Origin: Escherichia coli
GTDB taxonomy: Bacteria; Pseudomonadota; Gammaproteobacteria; Enterobacterales; Enterobacteriaceae
Direction: 5' to 3' (one strand)
Length of the DNA stretch: 64,000 bases
Assembly (NCBI RefSeq): GCF_003334405.1
Contig: NZ_QOWM01000018.1
Numbering within the stretch: the first letter of the stretch is position 1; the number at the start of each line of letters is the position of its first letter. The notes beneath the pieces were generated by a model. The model was given only the letters and a program-made list of their open reading frames with translations, was not told the origin of the DNA and did not search any database. Positions 19,166 to 29,521 of this stretch are shown piece by piece. The position numbers were made by a program, and so were the translations under genes.

Positions 19166-22100
19166 ATGAACATAAACCGTTTAATCTTCACTATCGAAGA
19201 CTGTCTGAACACGCTATCCCGTTTCTCTGTCGCAAGCAGTTTTGTTGAGTATTGCGATTTGCGTACTGTAATTGGTCTGGACAGACAGGATCGTGAACGT
19301 CGCCCATGGCTGAATTCGCCCTATATTGCAGCCACAAAGCGTGGAGAATATCTCTCTGTCTTTGAAGTCAGCGGTGCTTTCAGGGAAATGGATGAAGCAT
19401 CCGACCAGGCTGGCCCAGGTTCACTGGAATCGCTGATCACCAGCATGAGTGACAGCCTGAATACGGCATATAAAAACAGCGGTCATAAAATCAGCTGCGT
19501 TTTCGAGCGTGACCCTGAAATGGGGAAAGAGGAAATCGAAGACATGGTCGCCCCACAAAAACGCTCACTGGCTAATACAGGTATCCAGTTACAGGATGTG
19601 GTCGATGAGAAAGTCACAACACTGTCCCCATGGCTGGTCCGGGAGCGTTGCTGGCTGGCGATCTGGAGTGGACCCGACCTTATCAGCAACAGCGATCGCA
19701 CCGCCCATGATGAGCTTGTCAGAAGACTGGCTGAACGGGTACCGAAAGCACGCTTTGCCCAGTCCCCCTGGCAGTGGACCTTATCTGCACTGAAAATCCG
19801 CCACGAAGCTTTTCTTGATAATGTGGAACAGGCACTGAGACATTCATCTGATGGCCTGATTCTCCGGCTTCTGGATATACACGAAGTCGGGCGTGAAATA
19901 CGTCGTCAGACAGAACGGTACAGCACACCGCGTAACTGGCAACCCCACCTGCCTGAAGATGCCCAGCCAGCAGGATATCGCTGGACTGACGATGAATCCG
20001 TACTACATGCTCCTTCATTGCATTTGCAGTTATTCAACACGCAGGTGACCACACAGGGCAACCTGGTTCAGGCGGGCGGACTCTGGCACGGAATGGTATC
20101 GATTACTTTACCTCCGCAAAATCTGCAGACGTTTAACGAACTGGTCCGTGCCGTCCCCCGCGCAGTCCCCTGGCGCATCAGAATGGATCTGATGCCCGGC
20201 GGGATGAAGGCTCTTAATCTGAAGAAAACGCTTCTGACTTACAGCAGCTTCATTTCTGCCGTTCGTCCAATGTATGAATCCGTTATGACCCTGGCGGCAA
20301 CGGATGAAAAAGAACCTGTCTGCATAATGACCATCATGGCCTCCACGTGGGGAAAAACACGTGAAATATGCGCACGAAACCAGGCCATTCTGAAATCGGC
20401 CATTGAAGGCTGGGGCGTATGTGGCACCACAACAACATTTGGCGATCCCCGACGCGCCTGGGTGAATACCATTCTCGCGGCATCCGGAGGCTCCGGCCCG
20501 GTTCCCCTGTATCCCCCGTTGTCACATGCCATCTCGCTTTTCCCGCTTAACAGGGCAGGCTCTGTCTGGCGAGGCAAAGGGAATCTGATGTTACATACAG
20601 AAGACGGTTCCGCATTTGAGGTTGGTCTGGCGTCATCCCAACAAAATAAACATACAGAACTGGCACCAGGCGATCCGGGGCTGGGTAAATCAGTTCTGAT
20701 TAATACGTTGTCGGAAATACAGATATCATCTGCTCAGAAAAACCTGCCCTTCATTGCCTATATCGATAAAGGATACAGTGCTCAGGGACTGGTTCAGCTT
20801 ATTCGCGACAGTCTTCCTCCGGAAAGAAAAGACGAAGCTGTCGGTATTATTCTGAGCAATGATCCGGAATACACCCGTAACCTTTTTGACGTGATGTACG
20901 GCGCTAAAAAGCCTATTACGCCGGAAAAGAATTTCATGTCATCGGTGCTGTGTGCTCTCTGTGTCGATACCGGTACCGGTCAACCCTGTAACCCCGGAGA
21001 CACCCGACAAATTATCAACCAGCTTATCGAGCTGGCTTTTAAAGAGTACGGTGAAAATAATCCGCGACTTTATCGCGCCTCAACGGAAGAACTGGTGGAT
21101 TCAGCACTGCAGGACTCGGGACTGTATGAAAAACATGATGCAGCCTGGTGGGCCAGATCAACCTGGTTTGAAGTCCGGGATATGCTCCACAATGCCGGGT
21201 ATATCATGGCAGCTCAGCGGGCACATTATCAGGCAATGCCCCAGCTTCCCGAAGTGTCCTCGATGCTGGGCCATACCAGTCTCAGGGATGTTTTCGGTAC
21301 TGTTCAGCGTGATGGTTCAAACGAGCTTCTGCTGGACTACATCCGCCGCGCCCTGGAGCAGGGACATAACGACTACCCCATGATATCCGGGTATACCCGG
21401 TTTATGATCAACCCGGAAACCCGGGTCATCGCTGTCGATCTGAATAATGTTGCCGGTGACAAAACGCCTGCAGGCAGGCTTAAAACCGGCATCATGTACC
21501 TGCTTGCAGGTCAGATCGCCGGTGGTGACTTCACCCTGCCACAATACAGGGATGAAGTGTTAAAGCAGCTTCCACGGGAATACCATGAAATCGCTCTTAA
21601 ACGTATTAACCAACTTGATCAGGAGGTTAAGACAAAAGTTTATGATGAACTGCATAACGCCCGGGGCATTGACTTCATCTGGGAAAATCTGGATACCCAG
21701 GAGCGTGAGCAACGCAAGTTTGCTATCCGCACGGTTCTGAGTACGCAGTATCTGAGGGACTACCCGGAAAGCGTTCTTAAGTCAGCAAATACTCTCTGGT
21801 TACTGCGCTACAAACCCGAAGATATCCCCGTACTGAGGGATAACTTCAACGTTCCTGAATTTATGCTGAAACGCTTCCTGAAAATGCCGGAAGGCCCGGC
21901 ACCAGATGGTAGTGGTGTTCCTGTTCTGGGAGTATTCAGGGTAAAAAGTGGCACACTTGCGAGAATACTCAAATTTACCGTCGGTCCACTGGAGCTATGG
22001 GCGCTGAACTCATCGCCAAAAGACAGTGCCCTGCGTAAAACACTGACAAATAAGTTAGGTTCAGTTCGGGCACGTAAGATTCTGGCCGAAAACTTCCCCA

Positions 22101-22210
22101 GAGGTTCTGCAACGTCATTAATTGAGCACCGGGCGGGCCAACATAACAGTGACAATGTTATTGAAGATCTGGCCTCGGAGCTCATCCGAAAACAGGGATA
22201 CAATCTCTGA
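19166..22210 (+). CDS. traU: type IVB secretion ATPase (DotO/IcmB-like)
   Basis: 1014 aa from ATG 19166 (track ORF starts at a TTG 19073); Walker A GDPGLGKS. Confidence 0.7.
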   Translation: MNINRLIFTIEDCLNTLSRFSVASSFVEYCDLRTVIGLDRQDRERRPWLNSPYIAATKRGEYLSVFEVSGAFREMDEASDQAGPGSLESLITSMSDSLNTAYKNSGHKISCVFERDPEMGKEEIEDMVAPQKRSLANTGIQLQDVVDEKVTTLSPWLVRERCWLAIWSGPDLISNSDRTAHDELVRRLAERVPKARFAQSPWQWTLSALKIRHEAFLDNVEQALRHSSDGLILRLLDIHEVGREIRRQTERYSTPRNWQPHLPEDAQPAGYRWTDDESVLHAPSLHLQLFNTQVTTQGNLVQAGGLWHGMVSITLPPQNLQTFNELVRAVPRAVPWRIRMDLMPGGMKALNLKKTLLTYSSFISAVRPMYESVMTLAATDEKEPVCIMTIMASTWGKTREICARNQAILKSAIEGWGVCGTTTTFGDPRRAWVNTILAASGGSGPVPLYPPLSHAISLFPLNRAGSVWRGKGNLMLHTEDGSAFEVGLASSQQNKHTELAPGDPGLGKSVLINTLSEIQISSAQKNLPFIAYIDKGYSAQGLVQLIRDSLPPERKDEAVGIILSNDPEYTRNLFDVMYGAKKPITPEKNFMSSVLCALCVDTGTGQPCNPGDTRQIINQLIELAFKEYGENNPRLYRASTEELVDSALQDSGLYEKHDAAWWARSTWFEVRDMLHNAGYIMAAQRAHYQAMPQLPEVSSMLGHTSLRDVFGTVQRDGSNELLLDYIRRALEQGHNDYPMISGYTRFMINPETRVIAVDLNNVAGDKTPAGRLKTGIMYLLAGQIAGGDFTLPQYRDEVLKQLPREYHEIALKRINQLDQEVKTKVYDELHNARGIDFIWENLDTQEREQRKFAIRTVLSTQYLRDYPESVLKSANTLWLLRYKPEDIPVLRDNFNVPEFMLKRFLKMPEGPAPDGSGVPVLGVFRVKSGTLARILKFTVGPLELWALNSSPKDSALRKTLTNKLGSVRARKILAENFPRGSATSLIEHRAGQHNSDNVIEDLASELIRKQGYNL

Positions 22211-22824
22211 TGTGTACAATTCATATCACCCCACGCTGCCGGAGACCTGCCAGAGGGCAGGTATTTCTTAAAAAACTTGAGGTAAAAGGTGACAGTTTCT
22301 CATTCACTCTGCCGTCACGTGTCTTCAGGTTACATCCGGCCCCCAATCCCAGAGTGATATACGCCTCAGATGCCAGAACACAGGGAAAGGTTACAGGCAT
22401 GCGGCTGTTGTTGCCGTCCAGCACAGATGAGCTGATAACAACGGCAATATGGCAGGTTTCTGTCCCGGATGAAGCACCATTCGACGTTCAGCATGTCATC
22501 CAGTGGATACTCCCTTCACCGCTGGCTTCGCTGATGTCCGATGATACCTGGTTATGGCCATCCGTTCCCGGAACGCCGGCACTGAGTGCCGGTGACTGGC
22601 CTGTCATGGATACTGACCCGTCCACCTTACGGCGCGTCAGACGTCGTTCTTTCAGCATCATCGATAACCGGAACAGGAAAGGTTATATCACCAGGCGATA
22701 TCAGTGTTTCCCACTGGCCCCACTACCTGAAGACAGAAAATACGACAGCCTTCCTGACCTTGTGCTCCACCCCGAGCAGGAGACAATAAAATGCAAAGAA
22801 AAACATTACTCGCAGCCCTTATAG
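22210..22824 (+). CDS. traV: conjugal transfer protein
   Basis: 204 aa, start overlaps traU stop; name by position. Confidence 0.5.
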   Translation: MCTIHITPRCRRPARGQVFLKKLEVKGDSFSFTLPSRVFRLHPAPNPRVIYASDARTQGKVTGMRLLLPSSTDELITTAIWQVSVPDEAPFDVQHVIQWILPSPLASLMSDDTWLWPSVPGTPALSAGDWPVMDTDPSTLRRVRRRSFSIIDNRNRKGYITRRYQCFPLAPLPEDRKYDSLPDLVLHPEQETIKCKEKHYSQPL

Positions 22825-23993
22825 CCATCCTGAGTGGAACGGCATGCCAGGCTCATGCTTATTCAGTCACCGTCGTCGCCAGCCGCCCCGTTGAACAGCA
22901 GGTCGTCCCCAGAATGGAGGCCATCAAAGGTGTGCTGAGTGACATACTGAGTACCCAGACAGCCACGGGTACCGCTATCAATCAGAACTCTGAAAAGCTG
23001 GCAAGTGTCATTGCCCAGAACGGACAGGCGACACGTCAGCAGATGATTTTCAGTAATGAAACTCAGCGCCTCGAGGAGGCACGGAAAAGCTTCACCGTGC
23101 CAGACTCCATCTGCAGTGAATCCGCATCAGGGATTGCAACAGAAAGCAAAAGTGCCTCAGCATCCGCAGCCTCAAAACTCAGTAAAGGTGGCGGTGTGAG
23201 CAACCGTAACATCCGCGACCGTCTGGCCAGCGCAGCAAACTCTCCCGTGCGGGAAGCTTATGATGGCGCGGCCATACACGCCAGTTACTGTACAGAAGCA
23301 GAATATGCACGTTTTGGAGGAACCGCCGTTTGTCCTTCTGTGGGCGAAATACCAGGTGGAGACAGTCAGGTACGCTCGATTTATCACGGCGCAGGTACAG
23401 CGGACACACCTGCGGCACTGACATGGGATCAGAAGCAAATAGATGCAGCGACGGCTTACATGAAAAACACTTCCCGCCCCTCTGCCGGTCGTGCTCTGGG
23501 TAAAGGAGAAGTGAATACCCAGAGTGGGCGAACCTACGTCGGACTCCAGAACGAATACAACGGCATCATTGATTCTGCGTCGAATCCCCAACTGACGCTG
23601 ATTGCTGACAGCACGCCTAATGAAACCACACGTAAAGCACTGGCTGAAACACTGCAGTCAGACTCAGCGGCCGCTTACTTCGACCAGGTGGCTTCACCAG
23701 AAGCAAAAGCACGGGGATATATGAGTACCCGTGAGTTTGAAGCTTTTGAGGCTGGCCGGCGCTACGCCAACACAGCATACCTGGTGGATTTACAGGAAAT
23801 GCAGGGAGATAACCTGCTCCGTGAACTGGTAAGAATCACTGCGCAAATGAACTGGCAGCTGAACGACCTGAAAGAACAGATCCGCCAGGGTAATGTCATC
23901 TCTGGACAGCAACTGGCTCTGACCGCCCGCCAGTATTATGAAAAACAACTCGGTAGCCTTGAGAAAACAATCAATCAGGCAAACGCACGTTGA
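22791..23993 (+). CDS. traW: conjugal transfer protein, secreted/lipoprotein-like
   Basis: signal peptide MQRKTLLAALIAILSGTAC; name by position. Confidence 0.55.
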   Translation: MQRKTLLAALIAILSGTACQAHAYSVTVVASRPVEQQVVPRMEAIKGVLSDILSTQTATGTAINQNSEKLASVIAQNGQATRQQMIFSNETQRLEEARKSFTVPDSICSESASGIATESKSASASAASKLSKGGGVSNRNIRDRLASAANSPVREAYDGAAIHASYCTEAEYARFGGTAVCPSVGEIPGGDSQVRSIYHGAGTADTPAALTWDQKQIDAATAYMKNTSRPSAGRALGKGEVNTQSGRTYVGLQNEYNGIIDSASNPQLTLIADSTPNETTRKALAETLQSDSAAAYFDQVASPEAKARGYMSTREFEAFEAGRRYANTAYLVDLQEMQGDNLLRELVRITAQMNWQLNDLKEQIRQGNVISGQQLALTARQYYEKQLGSLEKTINQANAR

Positions 23994-24021
23994 AAGCTGA
24001 CGTCAGAACAGGACTGAAGAA

Positions 24022-24606
24022 ATGAATAAGTTACCGGAAAATTCAGACCAGACGAAAAACGTCAAAAAATCACCATCCATAACCCGCATAGCCACCCGGG
24101 GAATTATTAACATTTTTGTTCCTCTGATGGAGACTCGCCTGATAACGAATTCTGTACAGCATATGCTGGAACAACAAAGACGCAGGCTGGACAGATTTCG
24201 TCAGGTAAATAATAAAAAGGCGCAACTCCACCTCACGTGGGAAGAAGCTCTGCAGGCCAGCCATATGTCAGTAGACGATCTGGATCGTCGTTTCCGCCGG
24301 CGCAGAACAGTATGGCGATTCTGTTGCTGGAGTCTGCTGGCCATCGCTTTGTTTCTCAGTGGTATGCTCTTTGCCGCCTCTTCATTACCTCTTACGACTC
24401 TGGTACGCGCCATCAGCACTCTTGTGTTGATACTGTCAGGCGTCGCTCTTTGTGCTTCCAGAGCACTGATTGTTACATACCGCCTCTGGCAGTTGCATGA
24501 ACGAAAAGTCAGCGAACCCGAGCAGGGGACTTTCCGTGATTTTCTGAACGACCGCAATGGCTGGCGCAATGCCACATTAATTGCCGTAACCAGTAAACAA
24601 TACTGA
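24022..24606 (+). CDS. traX: conjugal transfer membrane protein
   Basis: 194 aa, TM helices; name by position. Confidence 0.55.
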   Translation: MNKLPENSDQTKNVKKSPSITRIATRGIINIFVPLMETRLITNSVQHMLEQQRRRLDRFRQVNNKKAQLHLTWEEALQASHMSVDDLDRRFRRRRTVWRFCCWSLLAIALFLSGMLFAASSLPLTTLVRAISTLVLILSGVALCASRALIVTYRLWQLHERKVSEPEQGTFRDFLNDRNGWRNATLIAVTSKQY

Positions 24607-24633
24607 TCACGTCCAGATGCCAGTACCACTGGC

Positions 24634-26871
24634 ATGTCGCCATCCCCCTTAATTAAATCCTGTGTGGCCTTTGCCCATACGCAATTCTATTCCGGAGTTA
24701 CTGTGAAAATTTTACTTCGCGCACTCTGTGCAGGCCTTGCTATATCCTCACTGCCGGCAATGGCTTCAGTGACCTATCAGGATATTGTGTCTGCCGCAAC
24801 CAATCCTGACGATCTGTCCCGTCAGGCGCTGGTCACGATATTCGGTGATGTGGTCACCAATCCACTGTCAACCAGCGCCCCCACCCTAATCGGAAGCATG
24901 TTCGGGGCGTTCAACAGTATCATCGCCGTACTTGCCGTTGTCTGGTTTATGTTCATTGGTATCCGTCATGTTGTGCGTTCGGGGCATCAGGGACAGGTAT
25001 TCAGCACCGGACGCGATATCGTCGGCACACTGAGTGTCGTTGCAGGTTTTCTGATGATCGTTCCAACCGGAAATGGCTGGAGTCTCGCTCAGCTCATTAT
25101 GTTATGGGGCGCATCGATAATGGGGGTTGGGTCCGCCAATGTAATGGTGCAACTTGCCGCTGATAATATCGCAAATGGTTATTCAATGACTGTACAGCCA
25201 GTTCAGGCATCCACACGAACAGCAGCGCGTGGCATTTTTGAAATGGAACTGTGTAAGTATGCGGTTAACGCAGGACTAAATGATTTTAATCAGACGGCCA
25301 AATCCTCGACTTCACTGATGACAGAATCAGCTAAAACCGCCAGTGGTAATTACACTGTCACAGTATCCAATGGCAGCGGTATCTGTGGTACAGCCAGCCT
25401 GTCAGTAGAAGGAAACGGAACAACAGATCAATCGACGATTGGAAAATTCTTTAATCCCTTCAGTAAAAACGAATACAGCGGTGTTATCTCAGCACAACGT
25501 GCAGCCATGGATAATATGATTAGCGACATGGACAACGCTGCCAGTGAGTTTGTGACAACATTTCTGGAAAAAAGAAATTCTGGCAACGGAACATTGCCGG
25601 ATATCGAGACACGGATTCAGAGAGCAGCCGACGAGTATGAGCGTGCTGTACAAAAATCGCTACCTATTGATAACGGAGAACAATCCAGGAAAGAAGCTCT
25701 CAAGTCTTATCTCACAACCTATGGATGGGTAACGCTTGGCGCGTGGTATCAGACCTTTGCCACTGCTAACCAGCGTCTGGCAGAGCTGGCTGACAGAGCT
25801 CCAGCTGTAACTTCAATGTCATCACTTGGGGAAGTTGGCGATACTGATTTATTTAGTGCTGTTATGGGGGCATACAAGACTCAATTACAGAACTCCACAT
25901 ATACTCCAACGATAGGAACGATAACAACTCAAGATGAAAGTAATGCAGCTAATAGCACAGACCCACAAAGTGTGGTCATGAAAAGTATAGCGCCAACCAT
26001 ATTAAAATGGACAAACCAAGCTGCTACTGAATGGTCAGGAACAGGAACAACCAGCAACCAAGTTAACCCATTAATTAAGATGAAAAACATCGGCGATTAT
26101 ACATTGGGTACAACAGAAATTCTCTGGACAGGATATACAACTGTCAGAGTTCTCGCGACAATGGGTGATAATTCTATTTTCGGAAAGGCTGTTAATTTGT
26201 TCTCTGGATTACCTAAAGGATTTGTTGCTCTGCTGGATGCTGCAGCTCCCCCAATATATTTCTTGTTGTTCCTGTTGTTTTGTGCGGGTTTTTCCTTATC
26301 AATTTACCTACCATTTATACCATTCATTTTCTGGATGACAGGCATTGGGAACTGGATAGTAAGCGTATTAATAGGATGCACCGCCGGGCCTCTGTGGGCA
26401 GCAACACATCTAGGAACATCAGAGGACAGAGGAAGTCGAGCAGCTTACGGATATATATACTTAATTGACAGCATGATAAGACCACCTCTCATGGTATTCG
26501 GTTTCTTTTTTGCCTCTGTCGCCATCATTGCCGTCGGCACAATATTAAACTCACTGTTTGGCGCAGCACTAGTTAACGTACAGGTAAAATCATTAACAGG
26601 GATATTCAGCCTTGCCGGGTTCCTGCTAATTTACGCCCGTATGTGTACAACGTCTGTAGCTGCAATATTTGCTTTACAAGCATATCTTCCTGACCATGTT
26701 ATCAATTTCTTGGGTGGTAGAGATGGTGTAAATACTCTTGGCAACCTCACCTCATCAGTAAAAGATATTTTTGCAGGTTCTAATAGAAATATTAGGCACA
26801 GCCCAGGAGTTAGAGAGGACAGACTAAAAAATGTCACAAAGGATGATAATAAAGATGGAATAAAAGGATAA
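24634..26871 (+). CDS. traY: large polytopic inner-membrane transfer protein (DotA-like position)
   Basis: 745-aa ORF with many TM helices; alternative GTG start at 24703 has a GGAG RBS and is followed directly by a signal peptide. Confidence 0.65.
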   Translation: MSPSPLIKSCVAFAHTQFYSGVTVKILLRALCAGLAISSLPAMASVTYQDIVSAATNPDDLSRQALVTIFGDVVTNPLSTSAPTLIGSMFGAFNSIIAVLAVVWFMFIGIRHVVRSGHQGQVFSTGRDIVGTLSVVAGFLMIVPTGNGWSLAQLIMLWGASIMGVGSANVMVQLAADNIANGYSMTVQPVQASTRTAARGIFEMELCKYAVNAGLNDFNQTAKSSTSLMTESAKTASGNYTVTVSNGSGICGTASLSVEGNGTTDQSTIGKFFNPFSKNEYSGVISAQRAAMDNMISDMDNAASEFVTTFLEKRNSGNGTLPDIETRIQRAADEYERAVQKSLPIDNGEQSRKEALKSYLTTYGWVTLGAWYQTFATANQRLAELADRAPAVTSMSSLGEVGDTDLFSAVMGAYKTQLQNSTYTPTIGTITTQDESNAANSTDPQSVVMKSIAPTILKWTNQAATEWSGTGTTSNQVNPLIKMKNIGDYTLGTTEILWTGYTTVRVLATMGDNSIFGKAVNLFSGLPKGFVALLDAAAPPIYFLLFLLFCAGFSLSIYLPFIPFIFWMTGIGNWIVSVLIGCTAGPLWAATHLGTSEDRGSRAAYGYIYLIDSMIRPPLMVFGFFFASVAIIAVGTILNSLFGAALVNVQVKSLTGIFSLAGFLLIYARMCTTSVAAIFALQAYLPDHVINFLGGRDGVNTLGNLTSSVKDIFAGSNRNIRHSPGVREDRLKNVTKDDNKDGIKG

Positions 26872-26920
26872 TTTCAATAAAACAACCTTGCCATAAACAC
26901 TCAATCGCATTAAAATATCG

Positions 26921-27595
26921 ATGAGTGTTTATGGAGGGTTTATTATGCAAATGGTAAAAACAATCAATAGATATCCTGCTTGGTGGACATTATATTACGC
27001 CCTTAGATTTATATATTTCATAAGCATACCAGTGTTATCCATTTTTATTCTTTTCGGAGTGCTCTCCATTACATCTTCAAGATATGTGACGCAAGAAGAT
27101 TATATTTATACTTGCGTCTGTCTGTTTTTACTAATTGCTCCTGCAATATTGATGTATTCCCGAGCAAGCTCAAGAAAAGACAAAATAAAAAAAATTGTCG
27201 CGGAGATAAAAAACACCGGTTTTTATTCACCTGACAAAGAATATGAGGGACTGTCTTTTACTCAGGGCGTCTATTTTGGCGTGGATACCAAAAAAGGCAC
27301 TATGCTGTATGCTCGTGCTTACCCTGGAAATATAATGGATATTATCGGCTTTGACATTGACAACTTCACACGCACTGTGACCGACGCCAAGACACTAGAT
27401 ATTTATACAAAATACATAAATATACCAATGGTCTCAATTCCGTCAGGATGCATCCATCCCAAAATGATGGCGGATACAATGCATGCAATGGCAGAAAGAG
27501 GATATGATTACCCTGTCGACTTTCCTCGCCTAATTCAGGAGAAGCGTAAGGAGTGGGAGCAGATTGCAGGCATGCCTGTAGCCGAAGTATTTTAA
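26921..27595 (+). CDS. excA: entry (surface) exclusion protein
   Basis: membrane protein directly after traY; alternative ATG at 26945 has a better RBS; name by position. Confidence 0.55.
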   Translation: MSVYGGFIMQMVKTINRYPAWWTLYYALRFIYFISIPVLSIFILFGVLSITSSRYVTQEDYIYTCVCLFLLIAPAILMYSRASSRKDKIKKIVAEIKNTGFYSPDKEYEGLSFTQGVYFGVDTKKGTMLYARAYPGNIMDIIGFDIDNFTRTVTDAKTLDIYTKYINIPMVSIPSGCIHPKMMADTMHAMAERGYDYPVDFPRLIQEKRKEWEQIAGMPVAEVF

Positions 27596-27614
27596 GATAA
27601 GCTCCCTCCATAAC

Positions 27615-27643
27615 AGCCGGTTCAAATGAGCCGGCTTTTGTTC
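27615..27643 (+). terminator. rho-independent terminator after excA
   Basis: AGCCGG-loop-CCGGCT hairpin followed by TTTTGTT. Confidence 0.55.
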
Positions 27644-27666
27644 ATTACAACAGATAACTTATGCCG

Positions 27667-27882
27667 TTACCGATAAATTCGACCAAGTGCTTTAATCGCA
27701 GCAATTTTTATTTCCATATCATCACTTTGACTCAATCTATGTAATTCACGCGTAATGTTCTCCGCCTGACATCGGCCTTCACCTAATGCATAGATCACAG
27801 CAAGTGTAACGTCTTTTGATTTACTCTTCATCATTTCAAACAAGAAAGTATTAGCTATCGCAGGAGGCATGCTCATAATCAA
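27667..27882 (-). CDS. hypothetical small protein
   Basis: 71-aa ORF in AT-rich spacer; no recognisable motif. Confidence 0.3.
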   Translation of the reverse strand: MIMSMPPAIANTFLFEMMKSKSKDVTLAVIYALGEGRCQAENITRELHRLSQSDDMEIKIAAIKALGRIYR

Positions 27883-28207
27883 TCCTCTTCATGAAATAAA
27901 CAATGGCACTCACTTACAAACAGGAGTCCACTATCGCAAGCGACTCAACTTAGTAATATCTCTCAATTTGAATGAAAAAACCAGATGGCATGTGACAGGG
28001 AACCGTCCGCATGATGTCCGTGACTATTTAACCCCATAAGCTGATAAAACATGAATACCGGTATCTCAATGCGAAGAAATAATCTCCGTAGAATCCCCCA
28101 TGAGAAAAATATCATATGGGAGAAAATCGCAATTATCACAGCCAGTGCATTCATTATTTTCGCTGTGCTCTGGCATTAATTATTTTCAACACAAAAAGGA
28201 AAAAACA

Positions 28208-28384
28208 ATGAATCTGGTAGACGCCTTTGTCAAAAAAGTAATATCCGGGCCGTATGAAGAATATGGAAAATGGTGGATAGATGTCGAATACATTTCATGG
28301 GGTGTTCCCGGGAAAACAAGACTGATGTTTGACTCAAAGGAGCAGGCACTGGAAGTTAAGGAAGGGTACAAATTTTTAACGTGA
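28208..28384 (+). CDS. hypothetical small protein
   Basis: 58-aa ORF from ATG 28208 with GGAAAAA RBS, followed by hairpin 28401-28430. Confidence 0.35.
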   Translation: MNLVDAFVKKVISGPYEEYGKWWIDVEYISWGVPGKTRLMFDSKEQALEVKEGYKFLT

Positions 28385-28448
28385 GATCTCTTTTTGTTAA
28401 AGGGCAGGAAGCGGTCACCTCCTGCCCTTAGTTACGTTTCCAGGCTTA

Positions 28449-28544
28449 TCAGTCGATAAGTTCCCGGATCAGTTCCAGAACAGCAATCAGCGCGTTTGCA
28501 ACGGCAACTACTGCCCTGAGAACGATGATTAACAGATTAATCAT
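28449..28544 (-). CDS. candidate small hydrophobic peptide (type I toxin-like), 31 aa MINLLIIVLRAVVAVANALIAVLELIRELID
   Basis: ATG 28544 with GGAG 6 nt upstream; single predicted helix; complementary sRNA-like element nearby (see findings). Confidence 0.3.
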   Translation of the reverse strand: MINLLIIVLRAVVAVANALIAVLELIRELID

Positions 28545-28802
28545 CCGCTTCTCCATCACTGGAGGAAATCACCGTTGCTTACTCTTACATTGCCTGTCAC
28601 AACGGCACTTTCAGTGTTAGTTGAAAAGAGACTTCCTCCTGCCAGAGCACTGAACACAGCACCACCTGTTTGTTCAGCCAGGACTTAAAATCTTGCATCC
28701 ATAGTCCCGATGGATATCACGGCAGAAGTGTCGCCAGACAGAGCTAACCTGCGGATTATAAGGATGGTTGCTATCAAATGAACAGCTCGCTATTATAAGA
28801 AC

Positions 28803-28889
28803 GTTAGTTGAAAAGAGATTACCTCCGGTCAGGGCCACCAACTCTGTAACGGAACAGTAAAAAAACCGACCTCACCAGTCGGTTTTTTT
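28803..28889 (+). ncRNA. candidate ~87-nt sRNA (promoter -35 TTGCTA 28768-28773, -10 TATTAT 28791-28796; intrinsic terminator 28859-28889)
   Basis: sigma70-like promoter with 17-bp spacing, perfect terminator hairpin CCGAC..GTCGG + T7; 5' end 16/16 identical to 28616-28631. Confidence 0.35.
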
Positions 28890-29042
28890 ACATCTGTTGT
28901 TTCTCAAAATCCGCCCGACATGCCCGTCACACCGGGGAAACTCATGCTCTGAATCAGAACCAACCATCTCAACTTTGCCGTCTCCTGAAAAAACTGGCAC
29001 ATTCAGTTCGATAACTACCCATAAATACAGAGAGAAAATCCG

Positions 29043-29294
29043 ATGTCAGAAAAGTGGAGTAAAGAATTCGACTCTTGCTTTCAGGTGGGGAGCATAGAAG
29101 AAATTGCCGATGCTCTCGAGAAACGCAGCGGAAGCGAGGAAAATGCGTTAGCCATGCTGGCAATGACAGCCTTCACACTCATGACCCGACGTGGTATCTG
29201 CGAAATGCAGAACGTGGCCCCCGATGGCAAAGGCATTCGGCTGGAGCTAATGGGCTTCAGGGAAAATGAAACAATACCGGATACGCTTCATTGA
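29043..29294 (+). CDS. hypothetical protein
   Basis: 83-aa ORF convergent with pndA. Confidence 0.35.
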   Translation: MSEKWSKEFDSCFQVGSIEEIADALEKRSGSEENALAMLAMTAFTLMTRRGICEMQNVAPDGKGIRLELMGFRENETIPDTLH

Positions 29295-29365
29295 AGAAGA
29301 AAGGGCGCAATGAGGTCAGCCTTCGCAACAAAGCGGCGGCAGAAAACCTGCCGCCGTGTTGCCCG

Positions 29366-29521
29366 TTAACGTTTAACTTCGTAGGCTAACGTTGCCACAA
29401 GCACTGTGTTTCCCTGCTGGAGCCGGAGTCCGCAAAGCGAATCCCTCACCATCCAAACAAAACACAGAATCGTCACACAGATGACGATTAACATCATTAA
29501 AAACGTTCGCTGTGGCATCAT
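29366..29521 (-). CDS. pndA: Hok/Gef-family type I toxin PndA
   Basis: translated by hand: MMPQRTFLMMLIVICVTILCFVWMVRDSLCGLRLQQGNTVLVATLAYEVKR, GGAGG RBS; not in ORF track (under 60 aa); overlapped by longer pndC/mok-like frame 29373-29657. Confidence 0.8.
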   Translation of the reverse strand: MMPQRTFLMMLIVICVTILCFVWMVRDSLCGLRLQQGNTVLVATLAYEVKR

